Below are positions 61,775 through 64,000 of a stretch of DNA of 64,000 bases, piece after piece. The notes under the pieces are model-generated. The model worked only from the letters and a program-made list of their open reading frames with translations. It searched no databases and had not been told where the DNA came from. The stretch is from positions 117,988,001 to 118,052,000 of the forward strand of contig NC_086097.1 of the NCBI RefSeq assembly GCF_963921235.1, written 5' to 3'. Source of the stretch: Mobula hypostoma. Lineage: Eukaryota. The position numbers were made by a program, and so were the translations under genes. The first letter of the stretch is position 1. Each line of letters starts with the position of its first letter.

Positions 61775-63499
61775 TGATAGAGGAGCTCAGCCAGTCAGGC
61801 AGCATTTATAGAGAGTCATAAATGGCCAATGTCTTGAGCTGAGACCCTTACACATATAAAATACTAGAGGAATTCAACAGGTCAAACAATAAGTGATCAA
61901 AGTTTTGGGCCAAAAGTCTGTCTGACCTGCTGGGTTCCTCCAGTTTTTTTGTACGTGTTACTTTCTCGGTGAGATAGGTTGGTTATTGGTTACAAACAAT
62001 TATTGCTACTTTAAGGGAGTAGTCACTTAATTATTTATTTTAATTTATAAGTTTAGTGGACAACTTATATTCAAAAGCAACAATTTCATGGAAGCCTCTG
62101 GGAAGATTAAAGGCCTTTTTCAGAAAGTGAAAAGGAGAGTGAGGCAAACCTTTAACAACCTGCCATTCTCAACTAAAGAGGTACCCCTTTCTCAGCACAG
62201 GCTGCTGTCCAACTTAATCATGTTCACAGGCTTTTTTCATCAAGATCCAGATCATTATGTTTCCCATGTTGCTCTTAAAGTTCAATTAGTCAGAAGTGAA
62301 TAGACTCAGACTACATTAGTGAGCAAGAGTGTAGGGAAACAATTTTCAGAAAACTGTTTAAAATAAAATCAGAGTTGGTAAATGCAAATCATGGAGCATT
62401 AAATGTCATTTTTGTACTGGTCTCGAGGAAATTCAACTGTAATTCCATGTAAATTTATAATTAGTCCATTGCTCCTATCTGCAATATATGTTTAGGAACA
62501 ATGATATCATCCTACCTTCCCAATTTAAATATGATTGCAACATATAAAAACTGTTTATAGACTCATTATAATACAACAATGGCAGATCCAACCTGAGAAG
62601 TTAGTAATAAAAGCTTAATAATGCTCTAGCCTAACAATAAAATGTAATTTGACTATACCCAGTGGTATGTGAAATTATTAACAAAGTTGCTCTTACTGCA
62701 TCTGAATAACCAATTTAACAACATGCTGTCTACTGACTTTTTAATTGAGCCCCTGACATCTCCTTTTTTTCACTTTTAATCAACATACAGTAGTTAGATG
62801 TGAGAGTTGAACTTCTCAAAGGTACCTAAAAAAAACCATCAGCGTAAGCTAATTCACAAGTCTCTGAATATGAAACTGTATCCCCGTGATGGGAAGTAAG
62901 TTAATATGCAGTTCATGTGTTTTCAGTTAAAAATCTTATGAGCTCCAGTTTAGGGGTAGATGATGTTCTCAATTTTGTATGATAATAATTCTATTTGTTA
63001 AAAGCAAGAGTAGAAGAAAATTATTTCCTTTAGTCTGAAAAATAAAATTAAACTGTCCTGATTATGCAAATACGCAGAGCCTCATGAATTCCATATGCAT
63101 TTCCCGAATCAATTGAACATCGGTAAATGACCAATTCGTTTTTCACTAATGATGCACTTGACTCGAAATTTCTGAATAATAGAATGAATGAGAATGCATC
63201 AATGTGATGTAGTCAACCCCAGATAATGAATATTTGTCCCCAGACAGGAAATCCAGTCTATTCTTAACTGTCCAAGTCACAACTGAAAGAAGGCGGAAAA
63301 TCAGTACCAATCCATCAGCCTGCGATGCCTTGCAGAAGCTCACCATCTACTGAGGCAAGAAGAGACATCCGACAACTATTGTATTCCTACTCTTGAATAG
63401 ACATAAGTCATGTCCTTCTGTCATAATCAAACAGTCAAATAGGGATAGTTGATCGGTTGGAATACTAAATGATTCTTTAAATTGTTTTATATATTTCCA

Positions 63500-63900
63500 T
63501 GGATTAACTTTATTTGTCACTTTCATTTACGTATATTAGGAATTTGCTTTGGTGCGTTGGTCGGGGTTCAACATGCAATGAAAAACAACATTCAACAAAG
63601 ACAAAGAATAAAGAATTATTTTAAAATGAAGTTAGAGGCTAAAGTAGAGATATGGAATAAAATGTGTATAAATACTGTACACAAATACAAGCATGTGCTT
63701 AAAATAAAAACAACATTACGAAAATGGCTTTAAGGTGTTTGCAGTGATAACGATAACACAGAGAGGGGGCAGGGGGGCTTACTAGGATGATTAATCAGAT
63801 TATCTGCCTGGAGAAAGAAACTTCGAAGTTAGTACGAAGTTTTTCTTATAATAGCCTTCAGTGCTTTCCAGAGGGGAACTTTTGAGAAAGCCATTTAGAG
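63500..63900 (-). mobile_element. Rex1-type 3' remnant
   Basis: actttatttgtcactttcatttacgtatattaggaatttgctttggtgcgttgg, reverse homologue of 21330-21590. Confidence 0.55.
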
Positions 63901-64000
63901 TATGTTGAGTCGACAATATTCGCAATTCATTCATAAATGTTGAGTCAAGTGGAGAATTCAACACTTTTCTTTTTTAATCTACACCACCTTAAATTAAATA

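Noticed and set aside
63146..63365. Minus-strand ORF with nearby acceptor-like sites
   Set aside because: No consistent acceptor/donor pair and no recognisable peptide.

Overview
Eukaryotic, AT-rich, repeat-dominated intergenic or intronic DNA. No intact host protein-coding gene, rRNA, tRNA or CRISPR array is recognisable. The repeat mix (CR1/HER1-type LINEs with (TTCTATGT)n tails, HE1/V-SINE-like SINEs, Rex1/Babar remnants, Penelope-like elements) points to a cartilaginous fish, probably a ray (inference). Nearly all ORFs with recognisable motifs are fragments of transposable elements: L1, CR1, Rex1/Babar, Vingi, R4/Dong, Nimb/I, Penelope and Tc1, plus solo LTRs and a hAT MITE, often deeply nested. 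Most notable: (i) a fossil R2 A-clade-like three-zinc-finger + Myb domain with no rDNA nearby (34.87-35.39 kb, seen only by stitching frames); (ii) an intact minimal type I hammerhead ribozyme in a Penelope terminal repeat (21.06 kb); (iii) a Nimb-type element that keeps ORF1 but whose ORF2 is replaced by a decayed coiled-coil-coding segment (55.0-57.3 kb); (iv) a Vingi insertion with a perfect 9-bp TSD; (v) tandem R4/Dong insertions in a (TAA)n tract, one a short element with a structured 5' leader; (vi) a three-copy non-tRNA SINE-like family. Family names come from motif recognition by eye, not database searches. Boundaries of old repeats are approximate.
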